A DNA stretch of 64,000 nucleotides, from the NCBI GenBank assembly GCA_040285825.1, contig JAUPSS010000011.1:62001-126000 (forward strand). Reading direction: 5' to 3'. Under the pieces are notes generated by a model. It had not been told where the DNA came from. It saw nothing but the letters and a program-made list of their open reading frames with translations, and made no database searches. Position 1 is the stretch's first letter. Every line of letters starts with the position of its first letter. Source of the stretch: Eukaryota sp. TZLM1-RC (lineage: Eukaryota; Protista; Metamonada: BaSk clade). Shown in pieces: positions 21,134 to 35,214 of the stretch. The position numbers were made by a program, and so were the translations under genes.

Positions 21134-23170
21134 TCATCTCCTCGACAGAGCTTCTGGGCAAATGTATCTTTCCGGCCACAATTCTGCTTTCTTCTTAATT
21201 TGTATATTTTTTGCAGCGGAAATATCTCTGTCATATATTATTTGACAACCAGTACAAATACGCATCTGCCATGAGCTTGCTTGAATATTCTCGGCCATCA
21301 AACAACTTGACAGTTTGCTTGTATTAAATTCACTGGTTGATAAGTGCTTCAAGTCCTTTTGATAACACAACCATTTTCTGAAAGCCCTTGCTGATCCATA
21401 TCGATTGACTTTTCGGCAATGAGAAGGGAAATTAGCAGAACCCACAGCAAGATAGAGTTTATCAGGATGTCCAGCCAGCCTTTGACATTTGTTGAGAGTC
21501 TCTCTTTTTGTCTTCGGTTATCAAATTGAATTATTTTCCATTTCTGGCGATTACTTTCCAAATACACTTTCCTCCTGACCAATTTCCAATGGTTTAAATA
21601 TTGGTTGAAATTTTGAACGGAATATTGGTTGGAAGAGTGTTTACTGGGTGAAGGATTTGTCATGTATCTTCTGCCAGTTGGACAAGGGATAACTCCACAT
21701 TGATAATCATTTAAGAAGTAACCCAATAATCTAGATTGTCCCAGATCAACACCAATAAGGGGCATTTCAGGCAAAATTTCGACTGGATGTCTACGTCTTC
21801 GACGGGGCATTTTTTAGTACCCTTCAACTGTGTTTCTCTGGTTTTGTTGGCATCAGGGTCACTTTTTATTTCTTTTTTCAATCTTCGTTTCTTTTTCGGT
21901 GGTTCATCCAGCTCATTTGTGTTTTCTGAGTCATTTTTTTTACCTTCAAAGGTCAAACGCAGTTCATTACCATCAGTTTTCAATAAAATTGTTTTAAATC
22001 TATTTTTCAAACTTTTTCTGTTGATATTAAATTTTTGGTAAAAAAATTGTTTGAATATTCGTTTCAGTCATATATTTATGATGAACTTTGTTTTGGAAGA
22101 TGATCCTTCAATAAGTGGGAATTTTTTCACAGAGTGGAAAACATGTGAAGATAACTCATGAAATTTGGAACCTTTATGAGAAGCTAAAGGTATTATTCTA
22201 AATTTCTTTCAGCAATGCATATTAGAAAAGAAAGTGAGTAAATATTGTGAAATTTTAAGATTAAAGAGAAATAGTTCACCAATTTCCTTTGATGAAAAGG
22301 TGATTTTATCATGTGAAGACAGTAGAGAAGCAGTGGTAGGAAATCTTTGAAGGATATTCAAGATAAACTTACATGCATTTAATAAAAAGAATCTTTTTCT
22401 TGAATTATTCAGATTGAAATTGATGTAGTGTACAAGAACAGAATCAACAATCACTTCCTCGGGTTGGGCTAATGGTTCATCTAACAAAAGAGAAAAAATA
22501 TAATTGGCACAGACATTTGTTTTATCTAGAGCTCTACAATGAGCACGAATAAAGTTTTGTGTCCAGGATTGATAAATTTTGTAAACTTGTCTTAACGTTA
22601 GACGCCAAATGACGAGCCTGACAAGCAGTTAAAAAAGAGAACCCTTTTCTATTGATAAAATTACAGTTCTGGGACTGCAGATAATTATTCAGGAAAAGGT
22701 TGAATGAATTTTTATATGGCACTAAAAAATTTTCCCATAAAGAAACAAGAGACCTGTCTTGTGGGCATTCAGGAAGAAATCCACTGTAAAAGATGTGGAG
22801 TAATTGGCGTTGGCATTTAAAGGTGGATGGCTTTGGAAAAGAACCAGTGGTGATGACGGTCATAAACAGATACCATACATCCTGTTCCACTGAAGCTCTA
22901 GATGCCAACGGAAAATTTAGAAGCAAAGATTGAAGCAATAAAGAAGCTCCATGACAAATCTCGGTGACCAAAAGAAGGTCAGTCCATATTTGTTGCACCG
23001 CTGCAGGGGTGAGCAGCGAGTTAAGTGCACAAGACCGAGTGAATACACGTGACATAGAGTGGATGTCTTTCATGAAGTGAGAATAATCAGCTCATCTATC
23101 AAATTTTACACTTGTCACCCCATTTTCGACCTCTGGTTGCCTGTTCTGGGAGGTTTTTAACCCTCAACAT
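21134..23170 (-). pseudogene. Fanzor1-like nuclease pseudogene, family FzB (multiple frameshifts)
   Basis: LKTDG; RuvC-I IGVDLG; GSANF; RuvC-II SEFNTS; CTGC; RuvC-III YDRDISAAKNI; WPERY..LSR end. Confidence 0.8.
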
Positions 23171-23819
23171 GGTTTTGGGAGGTTTTCACTATTCCCACAC
23201 TTTCCCCTCACTTCATAAACTAGGTTCATAAACTAGGTATCCTTTGTAAAAGTTGCACTGGAGTAGTCAATGACATCCATATACGACCACCTACTACCAT
23301 GCTTTCTATCTGAGTTCTCTGCTTGTTACATGAACTGCTTTTATCACAAGCCTCCCCTTCTTGCTCAATTTACAGACCACCGATCTTCGTTTATCAATAT
23401 TACACTGAAGCACCTCCTCACCTCAGTAATCCGCTCTCTTGATCTAGAAATTGTCTTGCCAAGATTAATTGTTGGGTTCAGGGTTCTTCAACTTGATTGA
23501 TGTAATGCACCATGTCATTAGGACAATTTCGTGTGCTGGAATGCAGGAAACGCATATTGTGGTTTTGCAATAATTGAAACGCTACTGTGATAAATGGACC
23601 ACCACACGTACAAGCATGCTAGCAAGCATTTGAGTCATTATTTTGGGTATTATATGTGAAACAAAAAAACAACTAAACCTAAATTTATTCACCAGTTGAG
23701 TATTGAAGAACACCACAACTATAAATCACAATTAAAAATCATTTTAATTTTCCTATATTTTTTTTATTAATATTTTTAATGCATCAATTACCAGTGTTTT
23801 TTGAATAATGTTTGTTTAT

Positions 23820-24880
23820 TCAAAAACTGAGACTTAGACATACAATAGAGCTAATCTTTAATTGCATTATGAACTTTTGATCCGAAAGTAATAGAATTTT
23901 TACAGTAAAACAACTGATTTGGAGAAATTTTGATCCACATTTGCAATCCCAAATATGAGGTACATTATCAGGCCAGCTAAAAGCACGACGTCTCACATTC
24001 AAAATCTAGGCAGAATCAGTTAAGAGCGTGCCATTAACATGGAGAATGATTGTGATTAAAGCAGAAGATGTACTATCACACATTTGTTGTAAAAGTTTTG
24101 CAAAAGGGGGATTTTTTTGGTCAAGCCAAGTCAAATATTAAAATTCGAGCTTTCAAAACTCTTCAACAATTTTTGCTGGAGTTTTTTACATCAAAAGTGC
24201 AAATTAAAATGATTTGTATTTGAAAATTTTTTGAACGTTTGGAATTTCTTGAATTGATTGGGAAAAAGAACTTTGTCCAGATTTGTGGTGACAATTTTTC
24301 GAGTTCACAAAATAACCCAATGAGAATCTTCAGGAAACCTATCAAAAAATTCATAAACAAAATTCTTACCTCCACCCAAAAATGTTGATTGACACAAAAT
24401 AGAAAACTTCCAAATCCAACATCACCAAAATTTACTGCCAAAAATACGTGATTTTTCAACATTCCTGGTTCTACATCCAATCAATCAGCAACAAATTCTT
24501 CTCTCAATGAATTAAAGGAACGTCAAGGTGCACAAGATCTCAAGAGTTGGGTTATTCTGTCAGTATCGCACATTTTAAGCATAAAAAGTTAATAAGTTTT
24601 TCTAAATCTAAGGCAAAATTGAAGCAAGTTCAATTCTCAAATTTTCCAAAATAGTTTGTGATTCATGCTGAATTTGAGGCACATTTTCTAACCAACAACC
24701 AAGAAACTTCAAAGCACCACTACTATTGTTAGTAAAAGGGACAACAGCATCATTTATCACAAGATCCTGAGGAAAAAAACCAATCAGGAAGCATTTGCTC
24801 GCATTAGGATGAAGCTTAATATTTCATTGAATCGGTAATTGCTTGAGCAACCAATTGTAGTAAATCAAATGAACTTTGAC
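23820..24880 (-). mobile_element. Degenerate CRE family E fragment
   Basis: Reverse-complement similarity to 29380-30358, continuing CKCGSK..KVHNA..LYCMSKS. Confidence 0.8.
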
Positions 24881-25000
24881 CATCCTGTTATAACAGTTCG
24901 TTCGAGGATTTTGTCCCGGAACTTTTAGACAAAATAAAGAAACAACCTAAATATACAACTAAATATACAAAACTTCTTCAAGCCTTTCCTGATAGGAAAT

Positions 25001-25566
25001 CCAGAGGGGAACTTGATTACTATGAAACCACTCGGAATAGATAACATACCCCACAAGCCAAAGTTGAACGGCCAAGACCTCGCCAAAAACCTAAAACTAC
25101 TGAGAGACAGGCACCTGATGATCCGGCGCAAATGGTGTTCTGGGCCATCGACCCCAACCATTCAAACCTATGTGGTTCCAGCATTGCAACACGTTCAGGG
25201 CCAACCGTATCGAATATCTTCTTGGCACCAAAGCAACGAACAATTGATCACTCCGCTTCACCTACCCACTCACCAATAAATGTCTTTGAGGTGCAGAAAT
25301 TGGACCATTATCTGCTTGAAATATCAACTATCGATCACTATAAAAATTATGAAGGTGATAACGTAAGACGATCATTGCTAAAGCAGCAATTATATCGGAG
25401 TGCTCGAAAAGCATTGAGGAAAAACACATTTGACTTCTTGAAGAAAACAGAAAAGATTCAGCTCAATTATCAACAAAATAATAAATTTTGCAGACGGTGG
25501 AGAAGTAAAGGTGTGGTTTGGCAGTGGATCTGGTTGTACATTAAGTCAAAAAGTGAAAACTTCACG
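25001..25566 (+). pseudogene. Fanzor fragment, family FzC (internal piece with RuvC-I)
   Basis: FWAIDPNHSNL; nucleotide paralog of 37199-37742. Confidence 0.75.
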
Positions 25567-26154
25567 TTGATCTGCTTGATGTCTAGCTGAAGCTTCTCTA
25601 ATTCGATTGAAAAGCCAAGTAATCAAATTCGCCAGATCTAAAGTAAACTCCACGAAGTGATTAGAAGAGCAATTTTTGACCAACAAACATCAAAGCGTAA
25701 GCGGAAAAAACAACAAAAAGCACTGAACCGAAAAATTTGTATTGAGAATACCATGTTGAATATCGAGAACAGGAAGAATTTGACAAAAAATTATTGAAAC
25801 TGAGTATGGTCAAAAAAATTGAGCCAAGTCGTTGTGGTTTTAAGCCTGATTTATTGATTCAATTCAAATCAATGACCTCAAATCAAAATTTTTCCATTGT
25901 TATGAGCATTGATCTTGAAACTTATCAGGATGATCATCTTTATCAAAATCATGATGGCCAATTTGTCCCTCTTGACGAGATTATCAACAAAAAGAGAAAA
26001 GAGGGTGCATATCTTTTGAAAAAGAAAACTGATGAGCAAATGGGTGAGTGGATTTCAGATCACAAAGTGTTTGTAATTTCGATTGTTGTTGGTAAGGTTG
26101 ATCGCCATAATTTCCTTTTGGAGAGTAAATATGCACTTATATTGAGAATGAGTC

Positions 26155-27462
26155 CAATTAATTTATTGAATTTGCACACTTGATTAAATTAAATCATAAC
26201 TAATGGGACGACTATCATTAAACCAAGATTTCCTCTACAAAATCTTGATTTGCTTGCTGTCTAGCTAAAGCTTCTCTAATTCGATTGAAAAACCGCGGTA
26301 ATCTATTAATAATGGCAAATTGAATCCGTGAACGCCATAAAAAAATATCAAATCTTTTCATTGTTTTTTCTTTCACCATTTTTTGGAAGTCATCCAAAAA
26401 AGTTTCTGCTTCAACTGATAATCTTCCATTTATCGAAAATGGAAAAGCAATAAAAACCAGCTGTGTATTTCTATCGATATTTGCATCTTCAATTTCTTTA
26501 TCATATTTTCTATGTTTTTCTTTTGCTTTAAAATCCAGAGCAGCCACAGGATTAAGTTTTTCTTCTGTGAACCAAAGTATCGTTTGCAACATTACATGAG
26601 ACAAAGTCAACAATAGCTTCAGAATTATCAATCCAATCACAGTATACATCACCTCTATCATCAGAACCAAAATTATTCAGAGAAAGTGTTTCTTTCAGCA
26701 GGGGCTCTTTGATACACGATATCCTTTGCAGTTTGTGCCATATTGAAAACAGTGTCTCTAACAGCATCATGTAATGAAGAACGATAAGTTATCAATTTAG
26801 AGCAATTTAGAGCATGGCGCAAAGTGAGTTGAGGTGAATTCGAACAAATACATTTTTCTTTTGATAATAATTGGTTAATGGGGATGTTCAAATATAATCT
26901 CATTTTTGTTACAAATGCTTCATTAGTAGCACACAATCCAAATCTTCGTGGTACAATGGTTACAAAAAGTGAAGAATCTGACACCTTGTTTTCACAAACA
27001 CCCTTTTCCAATAACAATGAGTGAAGATCTTGATTTAAAACAGCCGAGCTGCAAATATTATTATAAAGATCTTTTTCATACATTCCAGTCAATCTTTTCT
27101 GTAATGTTCGAAGAGTGTACTTCAAATTTAAAACATTTTTTCTGGAATATTGCCATTGAATGATTGGGGAAAACATCGACCCCATTTTTCTACATCAATT
27201 CTTGAAATTTCTTCATTTAATGCAAAAACAGTGGAATTTTGCGTTGTCATCAATAAATCTTCCCAATCTGCAAATCTTTCGGAGAACTCAAAGATTGCAT
27301 TTCTGCATCCACCAACAAAAGCACACGAGGTAAGAATAGAAGCCTTCGTCCACCCTAAACCACCATATTGTGGACTAAGGTAAGCATGATCTGGAATTTG
27401 AAACATTTTACATCCCAGTAATTGAGACAGAACTTTTGCACGTAACTCATTAAACTTTTGAG
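26155..27462 (-). mobile_element. CRE family D, 5'-truncated
   Basis: CIC..HALNC, RSSLHDAVRD, DRGDV..D..K.KY RLE domain; near-identical to 54845-55735. Confidence 0.85.
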
Positions 27463-27639
27463 CCAAAGGTCTGGTGACGAGAGGATTTGTAGATCGAAAT
27501 ATATGATTAAAATTGGAACTAAAACACAGTCTTATAATGGTAAATTTGATGTCTTTTTTTTTCTCCCTCCCTTAGTCAACCCTTTCATATTTCACTTTCT
27601 GTCAAGGCGTCAAAGTTGTACTGTTTCTCTGTCAAAACG

Positions 27640-30358
27640 ATGCCTTTGGCTGATAGTGACTCTGATACTGATTGGAACGCCCAAGCAAAGATTCTACCAG
27701 TCAGATCAAGCTCATCCACTCCACTTCCCCACTCTCCCCACAATACAAGCTATGCTCGAAATTCATCTCAAAAAAATTTCATTCAAAAACTGATCATTGT
27801 ACCAGAAAAAACACAGAAAAACCACCATTACGTTCCTTGCGTTCTGTTGCGCGTTCTATTAACAACTCCGTTTCTCGAAATTTGTTTTCTCCAGCTGAAA
27901 CTGCAAAAAGTCAAAAGTTTATTTCTACTTTTAACTCAAAAATTGACAAAATTGAAAGAACTGAAAAAATGAAACCACTGCCATTAAAAGGTTCTAAAAA
28001 ATGTTCGATTTGTGGTATCAGTGGTCATAATTCGAGAACGTGCCCTGAGAAACAAAAAAGAGAATTTGAATTAAAATCTGCTCAACAAATTCTCAAATGT
28101 TCTGTTCCAGCTGTTGCCGTTGTGAAAGGTGCTGAAAATAATGTTTCTGACGATCAACAGTTAAATGCTTCTAGTGTTCCCTCTTCTTCCCCTTCTGAAA
28201 ACAGTAATTTTTGTTGTCCATTTTGCAAAAAAGATGTTGCAGATTCACGAAATGGTCGAAAACTTCTGTTTTGTACGAATTGTAAAGCCGTTGATACCGT
28301 AAGACCCCCGATCCGGATCCCAGTAGAAATAAGTCCCGCCAGCACAATCCCCTTCTCAATGGAAATGAGAAATTTTACTTCTGAATTGAAAAATAATAAG
28401 TGGAATATTTCATCCTTCTGGAAATATTTTGCTAGAAAAACAAAAATTGTTTTAAGAAAAAATTTGGAAATAGAAAAATTGTAAAATCAAAAATTTGGCG
28501 TAAATTGTGCTTACGTGGTCGTTATGGTGCCGCAAAGCAGTCTTTGTTTTCCTCTTCTTTGGCTGATGCAAACTCTGATACCCTTGAAAAACTTCAAAAG
28601 TTGCATCCTCAAGAAAATTTCAAGTGCAGCAAGCCTGAAGTGTGTCCTTTTTGGATTGAAAATCCTATTACTGCAATTGAAGTTCTTAAAGCTATTCAAA
28701 AATTGCCAAAGGGGAAAGCAGCAGGCCCATCTGGAATTTCTTTTGATCTGTTAAAAATAGCGTGTTCCAGTGCTCCCGAAATTGCTGATGATCTAGCCCA
28801 CTATTTTCAACAATTGATTGTTTTGAAAATTAATCCTCCATTTGAATTACTCGCAGCACGTCTGATTGCTTTAGTAAAGCCTGGAAACGGAATCAAACCT
28901 GATGGAATACGCCCAATTGCTGTTGGTGAATCTCTTTCTCGTTTGCTAGCATCAATTGTCTTCGATCGTGTCAAAGACAAAGCTTCTACATTTTTGAATC
29001 CTCATCAATTTGGAATCAAAACAATTGATGGTGCTTCTGTTGCTGCTATTGCTTCTAATACCTTTTTTAATGCAGAGGAAAATAATTTTATTTTTAATCT
29101 CGACTTTAAAAATGCTTTTAATTCTGTAAAGCGAGAAGCAATTTTTGAAGTTATTAAATCTGATTTTCCTGAGCTATCGAGTTTTTTCTACCATTTTTAT
29201 GGGAAAGAATCAGATTTAATTTTTAATTCATTTGGTCTTAAATCATCTTCTGGAGTGAAGCAGGGAGATCCTTTAGGCCCGTTATTGTTTTGTTTAGCTA
29301 TTCACAAAACTTTAAATATCATTAAGCAAAAATACCCTTCTATAAAAATAGTTGCTTATATGGATGATATATCCTTGATTGGTTCATTTGATTTACTAGA
29401 ATTGGTTGCTCAAGAAATTGCTGATTCATATGAAAATATTGGGCTTCATCTTAATGCCAGCAAATGTCTTCTGATTGGCTCTTCTGCTCAAGACCTAGTG
29501 ATAAACGATTCTATTGTCCCTTTTACTAATTATAGTAGTGATGCTTTTAAGTTCCTTGGTTGTTGGTTAGGAAACGTGCCTCAAATTCAGAATGAATTGC
29601 AAGTTATTTTGGAAAAAATGAAAATTGAACTTGAATCAATTTCTTCTTTAGATATAGAAAAACATATTAAATTTTTCATGCTTAAAATTTGCTACACTGG
29701 GAGAATAACCCACATTTTGAGATCTTGTGCTCCTTCCATAGCATTAGATTTTTGTCGTTCATTTAATTCATTGAGAACAGAATTTTTTGCTGATTTATTG
29801 GATGTAGAACCAGGAATGTTGAAAAGTCACTTATTTTCTTCAGCAAATTTAGGTGGTATTGGATTTACTAAATCTTCAATTTTGTGTCAATCAGCATTCT
29901 TGGGTGGAGGCAAAAATTTTATTTATGAATTTTCTCGTAGATTTCCTGATGATTCTCATCTGTTAGTTCCCAATTGCAGTCCCTATTTGTATGAGTTATC
30001 TTGTGAACTTGAAAAATTGCCACCACAAATTTGGACCAAATGTTTTCCTCAATCAATTCAAGAAATTCCAAACCGATCTCTTTTTAATTTACAGTTTTGC
30101 TGTAAAAAGCTTCAACAAAAATTGTCAAAGATTTTTGAAAGCTTGGATTTTGATGTTAGTCTTGGCTTGGCCAAGAAAAAGAATCCCGCTTTTGCAAATC
30201 TTTTACAAGATATGTGTGACAGTACTTCTTCTGCCTTAGTAACAACAATTCCACAAGTTTATGGTACTCTCTTATCCGATTCTGCTTGGACTCTGAATAT
30301 GAGATTTCGTTCCTTTATCTGGCCTGATAATTTACCTCATAATTTAATTTGTAAATGT
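27640..30358 (+). mobile_element. CRE family E, near-complete 5' part: N-terminal zinc knuckle/finger plus RT; RLE domain deleted; two frameshifts
   Basis: CSICGISGHNSRTC; KAAGPSG; RPIAVGE; QFGI; LDFKNAFNS; GVKQGDPLGP; AYMDD; truncated at ICKC. Confidence 0.9.
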
Positions 30359-30869
30359 TCTCAAATCAAATTACCAGACATTGCTATGGATAATCATTCA
30401 GAAATTTTTTCTGCCAAAAAAACCTTGCTTCGTTGGTTCTTAAACTTATCAACCCATTGTTTTTTTAATGACAATTTGATGCAGTTTGCTTTACATGTTT
30501 TAAAAAGTAGATTAAATTATTTTGATTTACCATTTCCCACTGTTCCAGATGAAACAGTAATTGATGTACTCAATGAACTTTCACCAAGATGGAGAGAAAT
30601 TGTCATCAGGGAAAATGGCTTTTACCTTTTAGATACTTTGGTTTTTGCCAAAAAAAAATTTAAAATACCCTACGGACATGGATTAGGCAATCTGGTGTAT
30701 AAAATGATAAATGAAAAGAAAATCAAACTTCATCAGGAATTTTCCCATATTTTGCCAATTGATTGTTTAGCTACTTCTCCTCTGATAGAAAATTCGATTC
30801 AATATGGGCTTTCTGATTGTATCCTTTGTCTGAAACTATTTGTGCTGTTTCAGAAAAACAAATATATTT

Positions 30870-33102
30870 TATCATCTTATAAAACCATTCGAGCAACCGT
30901 CATCTCAATAGTGAAACATTCAAATGTGATGAAATTGAGAGAAACTGCTGTAAAATTTCAACAGTTACGTATTCACACCACATGTTGCTTAAAACTGTAT
31001 TTACCGTCTTGTTTTGAACGTAATTTTATACCACCACGAATATCTGCCCAATGATACGAATCATTAATGGCCAGAATTCGTTATATTTCAGCTGAGTATT
31101 ATGGGCAAGAAATGGTGAAACCAAAAAGTGCATTTCCAGAGGATTTTGAAAACTTTGTTTATGGTGAAGGAGATTATAGACTATCGACTATCTTTGAACA
31201 ACAAAAGTTGAACAAAACTATAAGTTATGTGACCATTTGAGATACAGACCTGAGTTTTTTCCACGATTAACAACTGATGGATTTAGTAGACCACCTGAGA
31301 AAATGGTCCCAGTAATTTTTGCCAATTATGAGAATAATTGGAAATTCAATTATGAATAACATATAAATCGATTTATTAATGCCTTTTTTGACAAACCAGA
31401 TGTGGAAAATTTGTTAGCAGAAATTCACGAGCTGGGTGGGTATGCAATGCCATTATCTACTATAATTTCACTATATAGATTTAGGCTTCGTCAATTCAAA
31501 AACTTGTTTTTAGTTGATGATAGAGATTGCTTGAGTTCCTTGTTTCATCATCCTGAAAATATTTCTGACCTTCTGCATGATGAATTCTTCGATTTATGTG
31601 AACAACATGATATAAGAAATAATGAACTTAGAGACATATTTGAAGGTCTTATTGAGCCATTCACTTGCCAAATTGAGAATTTGGTCACTTACGAGAATTT
31701 AGTTGATAATATATTTCCAGTGGATATTCATTTTCTTGCAGACGCTGTTGAAAAAAATCCTCAATTATTCCTAAAACCAGCAATTACAATTGCCCGATAT
31801 ATCTCCAGTAGAGGGAAGAAACCTTATCATATTTCTCCTGTTTCAACCACTGTAGGTCCTGGATATTTTCCCATTGATACAAGAACACTATGGACAATTA
31901 TTAGACAAACATTGATGGACGATTTGTTGCCTGATCAGAGATTAAAAATGGTCAATACACAAGCTCAAATTACGAAATTCAAACCACCTGAGCAATTTGA
32001 ATTTTCGTCTAATATTCTCGATTTAAATCAACCAATGCTCAAACACAAGAGCTATAAATTCAACAACATTATCCACACAGATGGATTAAATGATGCAGTA
32101 GAATTTGTTTGTCGGGATTTACAAGGCCAGAAATGTAAGCCAGACAACAAGGCTAGTATTTCTGATTTATATATTCATGATGTTGATGTTGATGCTTTTC
32201 AAGACAAACGAATTGTTGTTTGTGATCCTGGAACACGTGATTTATTGTATTTTGGGAGTAAAAAACGGATCAAGAATTAGCCATGGTGCCTGAACATGAA
32301 ACTGAACAGCAAAGAAATAGTCGGGTGATGAATCAAGACAAGAAGTACAAATGGTTGAGAATGACTCAGATGTCCTGGTCTTTGAAAAGTAGAATGAATG
32401 AAAAACAGAAACGATGGGCGACAAAGTATACTGAAGTAGATTACGTCAGGAACCAAATCATAGAGTCTAACGAAATGACAATTGAAGTTGCAAACACCGA
32501 ATTATCCGCATTTGATGCCAATTCAGCAACTTTTATAGATTTTTCCAATTTTGTGATTGCCAAACTTCGGCAAGTTTTTTTGACAATTGACTTTTACAAT
32601 CTTGACTTGTGGAGCATTCATAAAATGCAAGTTTTTATTCACAAGCAAAAGACTGAAAGTTGGTTGTTAAAAAGCCTTGTTCAGAATTTTGGCAACCCGA
32701 AAGACACTTTAATACTAATGGGTGATTATGGCAAATAACGTTCCAGGAATTTGAAACACCAGAGACCTACTCGAGGAATTGGATGGATTCAATTTCTGAA
32801 AAGGAATGGATTTGAAGTATTGATGATTAATGAAGCTTTCACTTCAGTAAAATGTCCTGTTTGTTTTGAAAAGGTTGCTACGTTTTTGAAAGTGGCAAAT
32901 CCCAGATTATATAAAAGAGAAAAGACTTCTGTTACTACATGTCATGGTTTATTAGCTTGTAATAGTGAGAGTTGCAAATTCAGTAACAAAGGCTCAACAA
33001 AGCTGTTCAATAGAAATACGTTGGCTTGTCTGAATTTGTTTGCAATTGCTGAAACGAGGATGAGTGGCAATTAAAGGCCTCAGTATCCGTGTAGTAGATA
33101 GT
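30870..33102 (+). pseudogene. Fanzor1 nuclease pseudogene, family FzD (near full length)
   Basis: N-terminal KTIR..SIVK..IHTTCCLKLY; IHTDG; RuvC-I VCDPG; LMGDY; RuvC-II INEAFTS; CPVC..CHGLLAC..C; RuvC-III degenerate FNRN; stops at 31052, 32736 and 33072 plus frameshifts. Confidence 0.85.
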
Positions 33103-33225
33103 TTTTGTAATTATTCCACACGAAAATTGAGCGTGTATTATGGGAATTTCAAATGAATAAAATGGATCAATTCAAAAAAAATTCGAAAATTCTCAGTTTT
33201 TGCTCCTCACTCTATCAACCTTAAA

Positions 33226-34022
33226 ATGGAAGAAGCTCAGGTTCATAAAGTCTTCATTGGTACGTATCTGCTTTAAACTTGTTGATCTTAGGGGATATTC
33301 CAGAAAATCTCACGGTCAGTGACCTTAATGATAAGCTCAAGGCTTATGACGGTGTCGAAATTACAGTGCTCCGCAGTAGTAACCCTCGTGGTAAACCATT
33401 TACTATCGTATCAGTACCCTCTGCAGAGGCAAAGGAAAAAATGAAGACTGAACTCAATGGTCACCAATGGGGTGAAAAAATCCTGACCGTCGACGATGCC
33501 CGCCCTCCCCGTCCTCGCCGCAGTGTGCCTAACAAACGTCAATTCAATAGGCGCCGTCAATCAACACCCCAAGAAGGCTCCCAAACGGAAACACCTGAAG
33601 CCCCTTCAGAAAACAGAAAGCAAGTCAGAAAACCTGGTCGTAATACCTTCTTCCAAACTTTGTACAAGAGACGTATGGAAAGAATTCGTGCATCCGATAA
33701 GCCAAAAACTCAAAAGACTCCTAATGATGGTACATCCATCTTTATTCAGAATCTCCCATGGTCCTTCACGGAAGAAGCAATTCAATCGTGGGTAGAATCA
33801 CATAAGCTTTCAGTGGAACATGTTAAACTTTTGACTCTCCGTTATTTCGACCGAAGACTCCAAGCATTTGTCACCAAATCAATGGGTAAAGGCTTCTTAA
33901 AGTTCAAAACCGTTGAAGAAGCTAAAGATTTCCTCGAAAATTATAATAAAAAGGACATTGGAGGAAGAATGCTTTTTGCCAGCTTGGCCAGATCTGGACC
34001 CCGAGTTCCTATTGAAGCCTAA
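33226..34022 (+). CDS. Two-RRM RNA-binding protein; intron 33260-33291
   Basis: Spliced MEEAQVHKVFIGDIP (RNP2); second RRM IFIQNLP..KGFLKF. Confidence 0.88.
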
Positions 34023-34519
34023 ATATGTTATAAGTATACTATCTATTCTGTAATAAATTGTGATTAGTTATTCGTTTTAGAAACAGGTGTTATTCATCCA
34101 ACAACATTGGGAACGGAACAGTTCAACAATGTGATATTTGTTGACTGAAGATATAATGTACATGATCATAGCATATATAATACAAGAACATTTTTAGTAG
34201 AGATGGACCAAACTACGAACTAGGCTTGACCGTGATTCGTTCATTCATTTTTTTCAGTCTGGAGTCTCCTAAGTAAAGAGTAGTCTAATCCGTAGTTGGT
34301 TCAAGTGCAACTAGTCTAGTCCATAGTTCGCCTGTTTATACTTGGTAGCTAGAACTTGATTAGTCATTAATGTTAGTTTATCAGTTTTTCTGTAGAACAT
34401 GAGTAAATTTAAGTATGTTATCCAACTTTAGTGTGGTATGTTTAAAATAAAATCAGTATTTTTTATTATGTTGATTGGGTAGAAAATGTGACTAAGAATT
34501 AGTTTCCCTATCACAGCAA

Positions 34520-35214
34520 GGAGGGTTGATGTTGATTGGAAAGAAGACTACTAAATTAGTAGTCTTTTTTACAAATGTTAAAGCTTCCATTGATAATCAA
34601 ATTCCTGCTGTAATCAACGAAGCTACACGGGAAAAATGTGTGAAGTTTTCCGGGAAAATTACTCAGAACTTATTTATGACTTTTATGCTTGTTTGGCGTC
34701 CATTCTTGATCCAAGAATTATAACCAGTGTTTAACCTGTATCAAATGTAGAATTAAAAAAATACATCAATGGAATTCGTACACTAATTTCGTCTTCAAGA
34801 GACATTGACCTATCTGAAGATGTTGCATTACAGATTAACGAACAGGTGTCCTGAAAAAGTAGAAACATGTCCCATTTTGAAAAAGTTTTCAACCGCAAAA
34901 GGAATTGCAACAGGGAATTAGTGCATGTTGATGAACTTGACAAATATTTATCTGAAGGAACAGTTCATTTGACTACTGATCCTATTGAATGGTGAAGAGA
35001 CAACGAGGGTGCTTTTCCAAAATTATTTCCTCTGGCTTTGAGTTTTCTAGCAGGCCCAGCAACAACAGTTCCTTGTGAATCCTTCTTTTCAGTCACTGGC
35101 TCCATTTAAACATCCAAACGTACCAAAATGTCATCACTTTTATTAGAAAACTTATTTGAGTTGAAGGTATGGTTAAAAAACGATCAAATCAAAATACTTG
35201 AAACACTGAAGTAA
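34520..35214 (+). pseudogene. hAT transposase C-terminal (dimerization domain) remnant
   Basis: ELDKYL..DPIEW*..FPKL..LA..FLAGPATTVPCESFFS..KRTKM. Confidence 0.8.

Noticed and set aside
23212-23238. Tandem TTCATAAACTAGG x2 upstream of FzB as an element terminus
   Set aside because: No counterpart at the other end; could be a simple local duplication
31052-33074. Stop-codon reassignment (TAA/TAG/TGA read-through) to explain in-frame stops in the Fanzor ORFs
   Set aside because: Host genes end normally at TAA, TAG and TGA, Gln-rich genes use CAA/CAG, and the stops are not shared among paralogous copies
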